Shown piece after piece: positions 24,739 through 38,120 of a stretch of DNA of 64,000 bases. The DNA comes from Mobula hypostoma (lineage: Eukaryota). The stretch spans positions 14,634,001-14,698,000 of the forward strand of contig NC_086109.1 of the NCBI RefSeq assembly GCF_963921235.1, given 5' to 3'. Below the pieces are notes generated by a model. The model was not told the DNA's origin and ran no database searches. It saw nothing but the letters and a program-made list of their open reading frames with translations. How positions within the stretch are numbered: position 1 is the stretch's first letter; the number at the start of each line of letters is the position of its first letter. Both the position numbers and the translations under genes were made by a program.

Positions 24739-27700
24739 ATACATATGTACAGACAGATGGTCACCAAACTTACATTGTGTGCGTAAAATAAATTATGTCC
24801 TCATGTTTAAAATTGCTGGAGCAAAGAATCAGCCTGGAAAGAGAGCCAGTTTCGATCTGTGAGCCTGGAGAGTTGGTATCAGCAGCCTACTCAACAGTGC
24901 ATGGCTTCCCTCCTAAGCCCAAGTTCTGTCCTCAATTCGCAAACAAGCACAGGCTGTTCCGGCTGTGATAAGAAGAAGAATTATCCATTTTCCCAGTTTG
25001 CAAGCCCCAAGGGTACCTGTTGTTACCTTCCTAATCAAGAGGACTCACTTGAGACAAACTCACTCTACAGTACATTTTAATCTCCGGTCGCACAGAGATT
25101 TCCTGCTCCTTTTATAATCTAAATGATTCCCATGATTTTGCAAGCCCTGCTTCTCCTCAGTCATGTGCCTACTCAGTCAGCAAGACGAACTAGAATAACC
25201 AGGGTCAAAACCTAGCACAATATTTCCATAACATTAAAAGCACGCAACATATACAAAAGCATGCATACACAAGCAGAGTATACATCCACATACAGCAAAA
25301 ACATGCACACAGAGACACATAGAGCACACCCATGCAGGCACAAACCTAGCACGTGAAAAGACAAACATACGTGCACAGTCACAAATACCTCTCACATGCT
25401 AAAAGATGAATTCTGAGCTCTTGATCTCTCAGTCTACTTCATTGTAGTCCTTACAGTTTATTAGTGTTTCTGCATTTCACTCTCTCAGTAACTGCAACAC
25501 TATATTCTGCTTCTATTTTTCCTATTATTACTTCAATGTACTTACATATGGAATGAATGTGTGGATAGCATGCAAAGGAAAAGCGGTTTACTTTATCTTG
25601 ATACATGTGACAATAATAAACTAGTACCAATACCAAATAAACACACCAAACACATGCTCTCAGACAAAAAAAACATAACATTCATGCAAACAAGCACAGA
25701 GAGGTGTGCACAAGATATTTGGGAATTTGATATTTGTATGCCATTACAATGGTGTTCTAAGACCCTCCTGCAGAATTCTTGCTTTCATTCCCAATGCAAC
25801 ATTAGTTGGTTTAAGATCCTGGTGGTGATCACACATATGAACCGAGGCATGAAATGTGATCAGTGGGGTGGAACTCAAATCCTGGGAGTATACTAGGTTT
25901 AGGTGGAGATTACAGATTAGGAGAGGGGAGCACTGGTGCGGAAACTCCATGGGACCAGTTATTTATAACCCAGTCTGATAGTGAGCCTGACTATCTAAAA
26001 GCAGAGATTAAAACTTTGACACACGCCACAAACCAGTACTACCCATTCATCTAGGGTGTCTCCAGTCTCAAGAGAGATTTTAATTCATGCCTAAAGCACT
26101 GCACTGGCTAAGTCGATTGCTAACCTATAGCCAGCAATGGTCTCTGTTTCTCATTATCAACCTGACAAAGGAGTCTCATTCAGAGGAAAGCAAAATAGGT
26201 GGCATTTGACAACAGAGAGAAATCTTCTCCTGGGGATATGTGAGAAAGCTCAAGATTTCCCACGGTGCACGGTAACATTCAGAGCTCCTGGCCGCCCATT
26301 ATGTTCATACACACGGCTGCTTTTATATCACTGAATGTCTCTGGCAGTAGTTGCCCTTTAATAGCCTTGGCTCATGGTCGTGTGGACTGCATCTTAGATT
26401 GGCCACGGTCCAGATTCCACTGTAAATAGCGTCAAGTAACGGCTGAAAGTTCTCAGTCCAGAAATATAGTAGTCTCTTGGATTTTATTGATCGTCAACGC
26501 AGTATCAAAGTGTCTGAATTGTCTTATCAAAGAAATTTGTACATCGAGCTAAAGGACTTTAATATGTCCAGGACAAAGAAGTGGGCATTAAGGACATACA
26601 AGGAAGCATAGGTCCTGCACCACCAGGTTCAGGAACAGTTATTACCCTTCAACTATCAGGCTCCTGGACCACTATGGACATCTTCACTCACCATAACACA
26701 AAACTGATCATTGAACACAACCTATGGACTCACCTTCAAGGACTCTACAACTCGTGGTAGCAGCGAAGAGAGCATGGCCTGGATGGTGCAGATTTTTGAT
26801 GATGGCTGCTGCTTTCTTATGACAGTGCTCTTTGTAGATGTGCTCAATGGTGGGGAGACTTTTGCCTATGAAACCTTTGGCCAAGCTGTGCTAGATCCAC
26901 CACATTTTGTAGGCTTTTCCATTCTTGGGCACTGGCGTTTCCATACCAGGCTATGATGCAGCCATTTAGGATACCCAAGTTGTAGATGGCATGCCAAATC
27001 TACACAAACTTGTAAGAAATAGGAAAAGAAATAGAGCAAACATCCCCTCAGGCCAGCTTCACCATTTCATAAGACCACAGCTGATCTAATCTTGTTCCCA
27101 ACTCCATTCTTCTTAAGTCTTTCCCATAAATTTTGATCCTTCTGTACACCAAAATCTGCTGACTGTGTCCTTTGCATCTTCTAGGGCCGAAAATTCTGTA
27201 AGGTTACAAACTACCAAATGAAAAAAAATGATCTCATCTATTATATATGGGGACAGCCTTTATGCTAAAACATTGCCCTCCAGTTTTAGACTACTCTCAG
27301 TATCTACCTGGTTGGGTCTAGAAGGCGGCACGGTAGCATAGCAGTTGGCGTAATGCTATTACATCGTCAGCGACCTGGGTCGAAATAGCCCGTTGTCTGT
27401 GAGGAGTTTGTAGGTTCTGCCCATGACCACATGAGCTTTTTCTGCGGGGGCACTTAGCTCTATTGCCAGAAGGAATGTATGCAAATTTATTTGCCTTTGC
27501 GGGTGCTGAAATTGCTGAAGTAGAAGCCACAATTAATCCAAAGTCACAACTTTCATTTGTGCCCTGGAACTTGCCCAGTGAAATCAGTGGACCGCTCTGG
27601 TTCATTCGTTTCCTTCTAGGGAAGAATTTGGCCAGATGTGACTCCAGACCTGTCCACATGGTTCACTCGTAATGCTCTGTGCTGCTGCTGCTGCTAACTT

Positions 27701-27932
27701 TTATGGCATTCAAACCTTCTGCATGCATGTTTATGACACTAAACTTGAATTTAATGGACCTCTTGAGTAACATATCAGCAATTTTCAATCTGGGGAGCCA
27801 CGGCAGCTTGGTGGTCAGTATGATGCTATTGAAGCTAGGAGTGCTCCAGAGTTCCGAGTTCAATTTCACTGCCATCTGTGAGGAATGACCACATGGATTT
27901 CTCCCAGGTGCTCCTATGTCCTTCCACAGTCC

Positions 27933-29385
27933 AAAGACCATAAGATCATAAGGTATAGGAGCAGAATTAGGCCATTTGGCCACTGAGTCTGTTCTGCCAT
28001 TCCAACATTTATCCCTCTCAACCCCATTCTCCTGCCTTCTCCCCAAAACCTTTGACACCCTGACTAATCAAGAACCTATCAACCTCCATTTTAAATATAC
28101 CCAATGACTTGGCCTCCACAGCCATCTGTGGCAATGAATTCCACAGATTCACCACTCCCTGGCTAAAGAAATTCCTTCTCATCTCTGTTCTAAATGGATG
28201 TCCCTCTATTCTGAAGCGATGCCCTCAGGTCCTAGACTCACCTACTATAGGAAACATTCTCTCCACATACAGTCCATCTAGGCCTTTCAATATTCGAAAG
28301 GTTTCAATGAGATCTCTCCTCATTCTTCTAAACTCCAGCGAGTACAGGCCCAGACCTGTCAAACACTCTTCATTCATCAACACTTTCATTCCTGGAATCA
28401 ATCTCACAAACCTCCTCTGGATCCTCTCCAATGCCAGCACAGTTTTTCCTAAAACTGCTCACAATACTCTGAACAATACCTTATAAAGCCTCAGCATTAC
28501 ATCTTTGACTTTGAATTCTTGTTTTCTCAAAAGGCTAACTAATATTGCATTTGCCTTCCTTACCACCGGCTCAACCTGCCAGGTAACCCTCAGGGAATCC
28601 TGCACGAGGACTCCCAGGTCCCTTTGCACCTCTGATTTTTGTATTTTCTCCCGGGTTTAGAAAATAGTCCATGCCTTTATTCCTTCTACCAAAGTACATA
28701 ACTATATACTTTCCTACACTATATTCCATCTGCACTTCTTTGCCCATCCTCCCATCTGTCCAAGTCCTTTTGCAGACTCCCTGTCTCCTCAACACAATCT
28801 GCCCCTCCACCGAATTTCACAATCCTGGCCACAAAGCCAGCACTTCTGTCATCCAAATCATTGATATTGTGACGCCAAACAAAGCTATCGGACGATTAAT
28901 GCTAATGAGAGAGATAAGAGAGACAATGGAGAAACATCCAAAATGCTAATAAGAGAGAAGAGAGGGATTAATGGAAAAGAAACACAATTCAGAATATTGA
29001 CAGACCGGTTACTTTGAACCTGAACTGTTTGAAGTTTGATGGACAGGTGATACCCCAGCAGGGGGATAAAAAGAGCAGGTTCGCTAAGGACACACCACGA
29101 CACCACGCGACAACGAGACCCTGGAAAGAGCGGTGTGCCCCCACAAGTGGTGGGAGTTTGGAGGTCCGGTTCGCGGGAACTGACCAGAGGCTCACAGGGT
29201 GTAAAGGTACGGTCGGTGGGAACCTGGGGTGTGTGTCCGCCCTTGCCTGGGTGCCGGGTTCACCGCGGAAGAACGATCGTATCCGGAACGGAGGGGTCAC
29301 AGTCAGTGACCACAGCAGGATAGAAGACATAAAAGGGTCGGCCCGAAACCAACTATGAAGACATCAAAGGTCTACCTGATCCAAA

Positions 29386-29416
<31 letters not shown>

Positions 29417-31005
29417 CAATGGTACCACAACAGCGATTACTGCGAACTTCACTAAACTGAACTGAATTCTACGTCACTTAAGACTGATCATTTTACTCCT
29501 AGACTGCGATAGAGTTTGGTTGATTCCTATTACCCTAGTTCTGTGTATATGTGTGTATTATCATTGCTAACCTGTCACATTTATATCCTTACGATTAGAG
29601 TACTGTATTACTTATGTCTTTAATAAAACTTTATTAGTTCCTAGTAATCCAGACTCCAACGAGTGTTCCATTTCTGCTGGTTTGGCAACCCAGTTACGGG
29701 GTACGTAACAATATATAATGTGAAAAGAAACGGTTTCAACACCGACCCTTGTGAAACAGCACTAGTCACCAAAAACCAACCAGAAAAGGCCCTGCTTATT
29801 CCCACTTTTTGCCTCCTGCCAATCAGCCAATCTTTTATCCATGCTAGTAGCTTTCCTGTAATTCCATGGGCTTTTATCTTGTTAAGCAACCTCATGTGCA
29901 GCAGTTTGTCAAAGGCCTTCTGAAAATCTAAGTAAACAGTACCCACTGACTCTCCCTTGTCTATCCTGCTTGTTATATCCTCAAAGAATTACAACAGATT
30001 TGTCAGAGAAGATTTCACCTCAAGGAAACCACGCCGACTTTGGCCTATTTTATCACGTGCCTCCAAGTACTCCAAAACCTCATCCTTAAAAATGGACTCC
30101 AACATCTACCCAACCACTGAAGTCTGGCTCACTGGCCTATATTTTCCTTTCTTCTACCTCCTTCTCTCCTTACAGAGTGGAGGGACATTTGCAAATTTTC
30201 TGTCCTCTGGAAACATTCCAGAATATAATAATTTTTGAAAAATCGTTACTACTGTCGCCACAATCTCTTCAGCTACCTCTTTCAGAACCATGTGGTGAAT
30301 TCCATCTAGTCGAGGTGACTTATCTACCTTCAGACCTTTCAGTTTTCAAGCACCTTCTCCTTGGTAGTAGCAACTGCACTCACTTCTCCCCGACAGTCAA
30401 ATTTCTGGCATACTGCTAATGCCCTCCACAGTAAAGAATGATGCACAATACTTATTAAGTTTGCCCACTTCTTTATCCACCATTACTACCTCTTCAACAT
30501 CACGTTTCAACAGTCCAATATTCACTTGTCTCTCTTTCACTCTTTATACTCCTGAAAAAATCTCTTGGTCTCTTTTAAGTTATTGGCTAACTTAACTTCA
30601 TATTTCATCTTTTCTATCCTTATGGTTTTTTAAATTCCTTCTGTTGGTTTTTAAAAGTTTCCCAATCCTCTAACTTCCCACTAATTTTCACTATATTATG
30701 TGCTCTCTCTTTTGCTTGCGTGCTCTCTTGGACTTCTCTTGTCAGACACAGTTTTGGAATGTGCAGGATAGATACATCCCTTAGAATACTTCTTCATCTT
30801 TGGGATGCATCTATCCTGCACCTTCCAAATTGCCCCCAGAAACTAGCCACTGCTGTCCTGCTGTTCTGCTACTCTCTCTTTCCAATCAACTTTCACCAGC
30901 TCCTCTCTCATGCCTCAGTACAGTAATTCCCTTTACTCCACTGCAATACTAATACTGTACATCTGACTTCATTGTCTCCCTCTCAAACTGCAGGGTGAAT
31001 TCTAT
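27933..31005 (-). mobile_element. Long decayed CR1 LINE (ORF2 RT region to 3' tail)
   Basis: YLDFQKAFDK, V.QGSVL.P.LFTLYI and LALERIQRRF.RLIPG..LGLYSLEFRRMR.DLIE motifs; TCTTATG tail at ~27935; split by an LTR. Confidence 0.9.
28868..29710 (+). mobile_element. Solo LTR (843 bp)
   Basis: TGTGAC...GTAACA termini, 4-bp TSD ATAT/ATAT, TATA-like gataaaaag, AATAAA near the 3' end; interrupts the CR1 'LYIND' motif. Confidence 0.9.
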
Positions 31006-31019
31006 TAAGATGTTAATTG

Positions 31020-31446
31020 CAGATATCCCACCTCTCCCAGAAGTTACGGGAGTCTCCCGCATATTGGTAGTGGCTCCCTGATGCCTGTAAATTATATACA
31101 ATATCCCAGAAATCGATTTTTTTGAGACCGAGCGAGCGAGACAGCGAGCGCGAGAGAGAGAGCGAGAGCGCGCCATGGCAGAGTGTTCCAAAGAAAGAAA
31201 GTATAAAACGTACGTCACCCCAGACTACCCTAAAGTGTACCCCTGCCTAATAGGGGTCAAAAATAATGACAGTGTTGCTCGCTGCACTGTTTGCAACAGT
31301 GACTTTTCTATTGCCCATGGTGGGTTAAGACTGTAAAAGACATGTTGAGGTGAGTTTAACAGGTGTCATTTGTTCATTAGCATAGCTAAAGTTATTTAAA
31401 CTAGCTGGCTAGCTGCTAAGGAGCTACTCTATTGCAGACATCCCAC
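31020..31446 (+). mobile_element. BED-exon MITE copy 1 (3'-truncated)
   Basis: Left TIR CAGATATCCCACC; near-identical to 55727-56300; breaks off inside the internal repeat of the left end. Confidence 0.85.
31175..31349 (+). pseudogene. Transposase first exon encoding a BED-type zinc finger (frameshifted)
   Basis: gccATGG start; MAECSKERKYKTYVTPDY.KVYPCL.GVKNNDSVARCTVCNSDFSIAHGGL/[fs]DCKRHVE, then a GTGAGT donor. Confidence 0.7.
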
Positions 31447-32130
31447 TTCATCTTTTGCTTGCGAAAAGCATTGTGTTCAAAAAGCTAAATATTCCTTCCT
31501 CTGTAGAGATGGTGAGCAAGCTGCTACATTTCTTCACCATTTGTTCTTGTAATGAATATACCTGCCTTGGGAGAAGCTGTCAGTGGGTGTAGTGGTTGCA
31601 TATACAGGAGCTCGACATTATATCTGTTGTGTTCTAGTTAGGAGGCTTTGTGTCACCAATGAAGCATTCAAATGCAGAGACAAACACAACCCACTCAGTC
31701 CAACATGTCCATTCGGGCCAGAATATACTTCCTCCAAATGTCCTTTTGCTCACCTAACTAGCGCAAACTTCGATTACTTTCTCTCTCTAGCTTCCCCTTA
31801 AATGCATCTATTTATTCCTCTTACCTGCCCTAGAGGCAGAGGGGAACACATCTCGCCACTCTGAGCAAAGCAACTTCTGCTGAATCCCTCAGTGGAAATT
31901 CATTAGTGACCACATGATATTCAAGCCCTTGGCTTCAGAATTCAGCCTGCAGAAACAGCTTCCCTGGGTCTACCATCCTGCGTAGTTTTAAAGATCACTC
32001 TCAGCCTTCCACAGGGAGGAGGCCCAATAGCTCTGCTGTCAACCTACAATTATTTGTTTCATCTTCTTCACTGCCTCCACTACAGAGACCAGATGGTTCA
32101 CTGTACCCTCAAGTATACTCCATCCCAGAT

Positions 32131-32357
32131 AACACACACAAAATGCTGGGGGAACTCAGCAGGTCCGGCAGCGGCTACATAGTCGAATAAGCAGTCAATA
32201 TTTCGGGCCGGGACTCTTTACCGGAATGAAGGGCCTCAGCCCAAAATGTTAACTGTTTATTCCTCTCCAAAAATGCTGCCTGACCTGCCGAGTTGCTCCA
32301 GCACTTTGTGTGTGTCTGTGTTGCTGAACACTTTCCAGCATCTGCTGAATCTCTTGC
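32131..32357. repeat. Palindromic PLE-derived repeat
   Basis: acacacacaaaatgctgggggaactcagcaggtc... versus ...gacctgccgagttgctccagcactttgtgtgtgt; centre ~32223. Confidence 0.75.
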
Positions 32358-33317
32358 GCTTACTCCATCCAAGGACCTAGTCATAGCCATAGGAAAATAC
32401 AGCACAGAAACAGACCCTTCAGCCCATCTAGTCAGTGCCGAACCACTTGAACTGCCTACTCCCATAGACCTGCACTGGGACCATAGCCCTCCATGTGCCT
32501 ACCATCTGTGGACCTATCCAAACTTCTTGTAAACATTGAAATTGAGCTAGTTTGCACCACTTACGCTGGCAGCTCATTCCACATTCTCAAGACTCTCAGA
32601 GTGTAGAAGTTTCCCTTCATGTTCCCCTTAAAATTTTCACCTTTCAGCCTTAACTCATGACCTCTGGTTGTTGTCCCACCCAACCTCAATGGAAAAAGCT
32701 TATTTCAAGTTAACGTACCCTCGTCACTTTTGAATTCTACTCTTACAAATTGGTGCTATGCTATAGAGGAGCTAGTTCATGTTGAAGTTCATTGCCAGAG
32801 GCATACATGCTCATAAACACCACGAAAGTTAGCCTTTTGCAGCAGCAGCACAGTAGATCACAAGCTCGACAAATGTACGTTAACATAAGTTTAGCACTGT
32901 ATTACAACCATGCTGTGGCACAGCTAGATGCTGTTACAGGATTTAAATGAGGACTTTTAGTAAGGGTCATCTACACGAGATATTTTTTAGTAACAACCTA
33001 TATTAAAAATTTCCCTGAAGAAGTCACCCAGATTTTTAATATGTGAGTAGCAGATTTCCAATTGATGTACTTGCAAGCAATTAAAAATATTATTATGAGG
33101 TTTAGCTGGGACTTGCATAATCTAACAAATGTTTTTATTCTAATAGTGCCTGTAACATAAACACATACCTCGCACTTTCTATCAACCTGTCGACCTTCAG
33201 GCCATGCCACTCAAGGACTTAGGCTAACTTTATTTTGTGACCATATGTGCTGGATGGTAACACTATGTGCTGCGTGTGTCTATATGTACTGTGAAAAAGG
33301 ATCCAGGGCTTTCCCGG

Positions 33318-33408
33318 CATATATGCTGAATAAACTCTTCTCAGTCTTCCAGCCGGGTGAAGACATCGATTATAACTGATGTTTCGATGACCAACTCTGC
33401 CATCTTCC
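33318..33408 (-). mobile_element. Fragment of a second PLE family with a partial hammerhead
   Basis: Minus strand gaagatggcagagttggtcatcGAAACatc: long stem II (GAUGGC/GUCAUC) plus GAAAC; the CUGANGA half is truncated. Confidence 0.45.
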
Positions 33409-35034
33409 CTGTATACATGCGCAAGGTTAAATGACAATAAATTTGAACTTGAAATTACTGGTTAGACTGGGATCATTCTGCTCCCTTCAAATGACCCAGT
33501 CAAATGCGTAAAGTATCAAATTTCAGAGATATGGGTGAAGTGCTAGCTAGATTGTTCAGAGGAACTAACTCACTGGACTGGATAACCTCCATTGACTCCC
33601 TGTTTGATGATTGGATAAATCATTAGTAGAGGACAGTGATACTCTTAAGGGACTGAGATCATTTAGAAATAAATGATTGTTTCAATGGACATGTGACAAA
33701 TAAAACTAATCCAATTTGACGCCACTCTGAAAAATTTTAGACTCCATCTCACTCAGACATTGGAGGAAATACCCGCCTTCATTTTCTGAGCATTTGTAGG
33801 GTAGGAAAAAAATATGGATTTATGATTGAATGAAATGTACCAACAAGTTGATAAAGGCACCTCGGTTCCATTCTGACTTCCGGAGCTTTGCTAATAAACA
33901 AACATGGTCCCTCTTCCCCATCATCAAGGATGTGGCCTTAAACACAAGATCGACAGTAGTACAGTAATGCCTAGCAATTAAGAAAAACGCAATTGCTTCT
34001 GTAATTAGAACACTGAATTGCCACATTCTCTTGACTGTGGGTTTTGGAATCTCAGGTTTTGTGGGTTAGTTTTTCCAGCTGCACATCATATTTATTAAAA
34101 TGTTTTTACGGACCAAAATAGCCATCTTCATTTTACAGAGCAATTGAAGTGACATACTCCTGCCGGGGTGAATACTTTGCTAACTCTCCCAACAATTCAA
34201 TGCACAGCGGTGGAGCAAAGTAGAGCTACTGCCTCTTAGTTCCAACAATCCGGGTTCAAACCTGACCTCTGATGCTGCGGGTGTGGAATCCGCGGGTTCT
34301 CTGTCTGAATGTTGCAGTCTACAGCTAAGAAACATCTCCTTTGGCCTACAGAGTCCACTCACTTACACTATTCCCAGAGCGTATTCCCCCCAAATCCCCA
34401 CATCAACTTCCCCCAGATTCTACCACTCATCTACACACTCAGTACAATTAATACTCTGACACTATCTGCTGGCCAACCTGCATGTCTTTGGGTGGAGGGA
34501 GAGAAGTGAGCACCTGGACTCACTTTCCATGGATCCCTTGCCTAAAGGTATGGGAACCACTGACCTAGGGGAAGCACAGTGAACACGTGCAAACTCCACA
34601 CAGACGGTACCAAAGGTCAGGATCAATTTCACCTCTCAGGGTTCTGTGGGTTGGTGGGTTAAACGATCGCTGTGAATTGCCCCAAATATCGATGAGTAGT
34701 TGAATCCAGCTGGAGTTAATGAAACTGTTCTGTGGTTCAACAGTTCCATTTAATATCACAGAACATATACAATATACAACCCAAAATTCTTACTCTCCAC
34801 AGACATCCGCAAAACAGGAAAAAAAGTAGGTAGAATGCTCTATGGGGAAAATCACTCAAGGAATAGGATTTATGGGATGTGTGTGAACCAATATAAACTA
34901 AATGAGGTAGAATAGATATTGTCCATCTTGTAAAGAATTACTGTATAGAAATGCAAGTTTGCAATCCCTAAGAGAAAATCAGACAGGAAGCTAGATTAAA
35001 CTTCAGAATGTGCACAAGTGTTTATTTTACTGTG

Positions 35035-35260
35035 GGGCGGCATGGTAGTGTAGTGGTTACACAACGCCTTGCGGTACCAGCAACTCTGGTTCAATTCCTG
35101 CCGCTGCCTGCATGGCATTTATACATTCTCCCTGTGACCACGTGATCTTCCTCTGAGTACGCCGGTTTCCTCCCACAGTCCAAAGACGTACGGGTTAATT
35201 GGTACATTAATTGGTCATTGTAAATTATCGATGATTAGGCTAGAATTAAATTGGGGATTA
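35035..35260 (+). mobile_element. tRNA-derived SINE
   Basis: gggcggcatggtagtgtagtggtta A box, ggttcaattcc B box, ccggtttcctcccacagtccaaagacgtac core. Confidence 0.75.
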
Positions 35261-35859
35261 CATAAGTTACCTCCCCCCAGTGCATGAACAGCAGGCTTCT
35301 GTTCCATACTCTCGAAGGAACCCAGATGAAACACAATCTTCAATCTTCATCCTAAATGCACAACACAAGCCCAACTGGCCACTGCTCCAAGCATCGCTGC
35401 TTAGGATGGCAAAAAGCCCAAGTTAGCGTCTTCCACTTGTCATTGAAATGTATCCACCCAAAGAAAACGTGGTGTTTCTGTCAGCCAGATTCCCCCACAG
35501 TGGTAAGTTCCTGCCGAGTCAGGCATATTCCCTGCAGTTAATTAATATAGGCAGACTTCTTAGTATTAAACGACACAGCACTTCCGAACAATCACAAGTC
35601 CATTCAGCTCACCAAGCTAAATCCTCTAATTAAGGTCACAAAGAAATTCTATTCAGATAATTCACATTTGCACTTAACTTGGCTCCAAGTTCCATCCTAA
35701 TATAAATAGTGCCACATGTCAAAATTTGGATCTTTTTAAAACTTTTTTTTTGCAACATACCGTCTTTTTTTCAACTTGACACTACAGTGAAAGGAATGAT
35801 AGATGTTTAATCTTCAGAATGGCCACCATGGGGATTGTCTGGAATGTTAAGACTGTCTG

Positions 35860-36245
35860 TACTTCTCGTTGCTGCAGTAAATCCGCTGGCATAATCAAAA
35901 AGCTCACCAATCCTGGATACTCTCTGTTCCCCTGTCTCCCATCCAGCAGGAAATACAAAGTTCTGAAAACACGTACCATCAGGGTCAAGGACACCTTCAT
36001 TCCCACTGATATCAGACTCTCGAATAGAACTCTCGTATGATAAGATGGACTCTTGACCTCACAACCTACCTTGTTTACCTGTTCTGCACCTTTTCGGTAG
36101 CTTTTACACTTTGTTCTGATTGTCACTGTTTTGCCTTGTTCTATCTCAATGCACTGGGTAATCATTTGATCTGTATGAACAGTATGCAAGACAAGGTTAG
36201 CACTGTATCTTGATACATGTGGCAACATTAAACCAATACCAATGC
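35860..36245 (+). mobile_element. Rex1/Babar-like 3' end
   Basis: KSAGIIK..TNPG.SLF..LPS.RKY..LKTRT.R.KDTF.P..IRL.N; aaaccaataccaat tail. Confidence 0.7.
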
Positions 36246-36522
36246 AACTGGCTCATTAAAGGGGATTTCCTAAAACCTTTTGCAGCCAATGGAATAGTCA
36301 GAGCAGGCCAACAAGCTGAAACATCGCCTCTCTTCTGCAACAGATGCTGACCGACCTGCTGAGTACTTTCCAACATTTTCAGCTTATATGAGGAGTCATC
36401 TCATGTTCATTCAGAATCAGGATCAAGGTTGTTATCACTGACATACAGTGCACCATGAAATTTGTTATTCTGCAGCAATACATAAAAAGGTACTTTAAGT
36501 TACAATAAGATATTTATATACT

Positions 36523-37150
36523 TTGTGGATTGGGAGACTATGCTCCATCTGCCAGAAAAAGCAGGATCTCCCAGTGGCCACCCGTTTTAATTCTACTTCC
36601 CATTCCCATTCTGACATGTCAGTTCATGGTCTCCTCTACTGTCGCAATGAGGCCACACTCAGGTTGGAGGAGGAACACCCTATATTCCATCTGGGTAGCC
36701 TCCAACCTGATGGCCTGAACTTTGATTTCTCGAACTTCCAATAATGCTCCCCCTTCACCATTCCCCATTCCCCTCTCTCACCTTATCTCCATTACCTGCG
36801 TATTACCTCCCTCTGGTGCTCTTCCTCCTTCCCTTTCTTCCATGGCCTTCTGTCCTCTCAGATTCCCTCTTCTCCAGCCCTGTATATCTTTCACCAATCA
36901 ACTTCCCAGCTCTTTACTTTACCCCTCCCCTTCTCCCCTTAACCTATCACCTACTACCTTGTATTTCTTCCTCCCCTCCCCCCATCTTCTTACTCTGACT
37001 TCTCATCTTTTTTTCTCCAGTCCTGATGAAGGGTCTCGGCCCAAAACATCAACTGTTTACTCTTTTCCATAGACGCTGCCTGGCCTGCCAAGTCCTTCCA
37101 GCATTTTGTGTGTGTGTGTTGCTTGGATTCCCAGCATCTGCAGATTTTTT
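36523..37150 (+). mobile_element. PLE 3' fragment (GIY-YIG C-terminus + 3' repeat, decayed hammerhead)
   Basis: DLPVATRFNSTSHSHSDMSVHGLLYC..EATLRLEE.H.IFHLGSLQPDGLN; agtcctgatgaagggtctcggcccaaaac at ~37019. Confidence 0.85.
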
Positions 37151-37984
37151 CTGGCTTAAAGGTATAAAAGGTAGTGCAAAAGGTGAGGTTGTGTTCATGG
37201 TCTGTTCAGAAATTTGATGACAGAGGGGATGAAGCCGTTCCTAAAACGTTGAGTGTGTATCTTCAGGCTCCTGTACCTCCTCCCTGATGGTAGCAATGAG
37301 AAGAGGGCATGTCCTGGATGGTCAGGGTCCTTAATGAGAATTCCCCAGAGGATTTGAGTATTGCTGGTATATCAACACATTGCCCATTCTCGAATTACCC
37401 CTGGGAAGGGGATCATCCCTTGAATCTTGCTTTGAGATACACCCTCAGTGATACTAAGATGTACTGGGATTTTCATCCAGCAACAACTATATTGTATTTC
37501 CAAGTAAGGATGGTGCAGAATTTGCAGGAAATAATTATTTACTTTATCCTTCATTTATTTACTGAGATACAGCACAGTATTGGCTCTCAGCCCTTCAAGC
37601 CGCACCACCCAGCAACCCCCAATTTAATCTGAGCCTAATCACAGGACAACTTACAATGACCAATTACACTATCTACTGGTCTGCCTTTGGACTGTGGGAG
37701 GAAAACAGAGCACCCGGAAGAAACCCACACAGTCACAGGGAGAGCATACAAACTCCTTACAGGCATCAGAGGGAATTGAACCCGGGTCACCTGCACTGTA
37801 AAGTGCTGTGCTGACCTCCTTACTTCCATGCCATTCCTGGTGGAAGAGATCGGAGATCCGGAGGGTGCTGCCTAAGAAGTTGCCCTAGCCAAGCTTATAA
37901 GATGCTTCTACAGGTATTTGTCCCATTGTGCAAATTCTCTCCTATCCAACCCACTGTGGCCATTGTATAGGATTACCCTGATTC

Positions 37985-38120
37985 AATCCTGATGAAGGGT
38001 CTTGGCCTGAAACATTGACTGTTTATTCCCCTCCGTAGATACTGCCTAATGTGCTGAGTTCCTCCAGTATTCTATGTGTGTTGCTCAAGATTTCTAGGAT
38101 CTGCAGAATATCTTGTGTTT
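37985..38120 (+). mobile_element. PLE terminal repeat with hammerhead core
   Basis: ctgatga-agggtcttggcct-gaaa-catt-gact; a further decayed copy lies at 38338-38430. Confidence 0.75.

Noticed and set aside
25200..25710. CA-rich region as a structured element
   Set aside because: Degenerate (CA)n-like low complexity interrupted by a LINE tail
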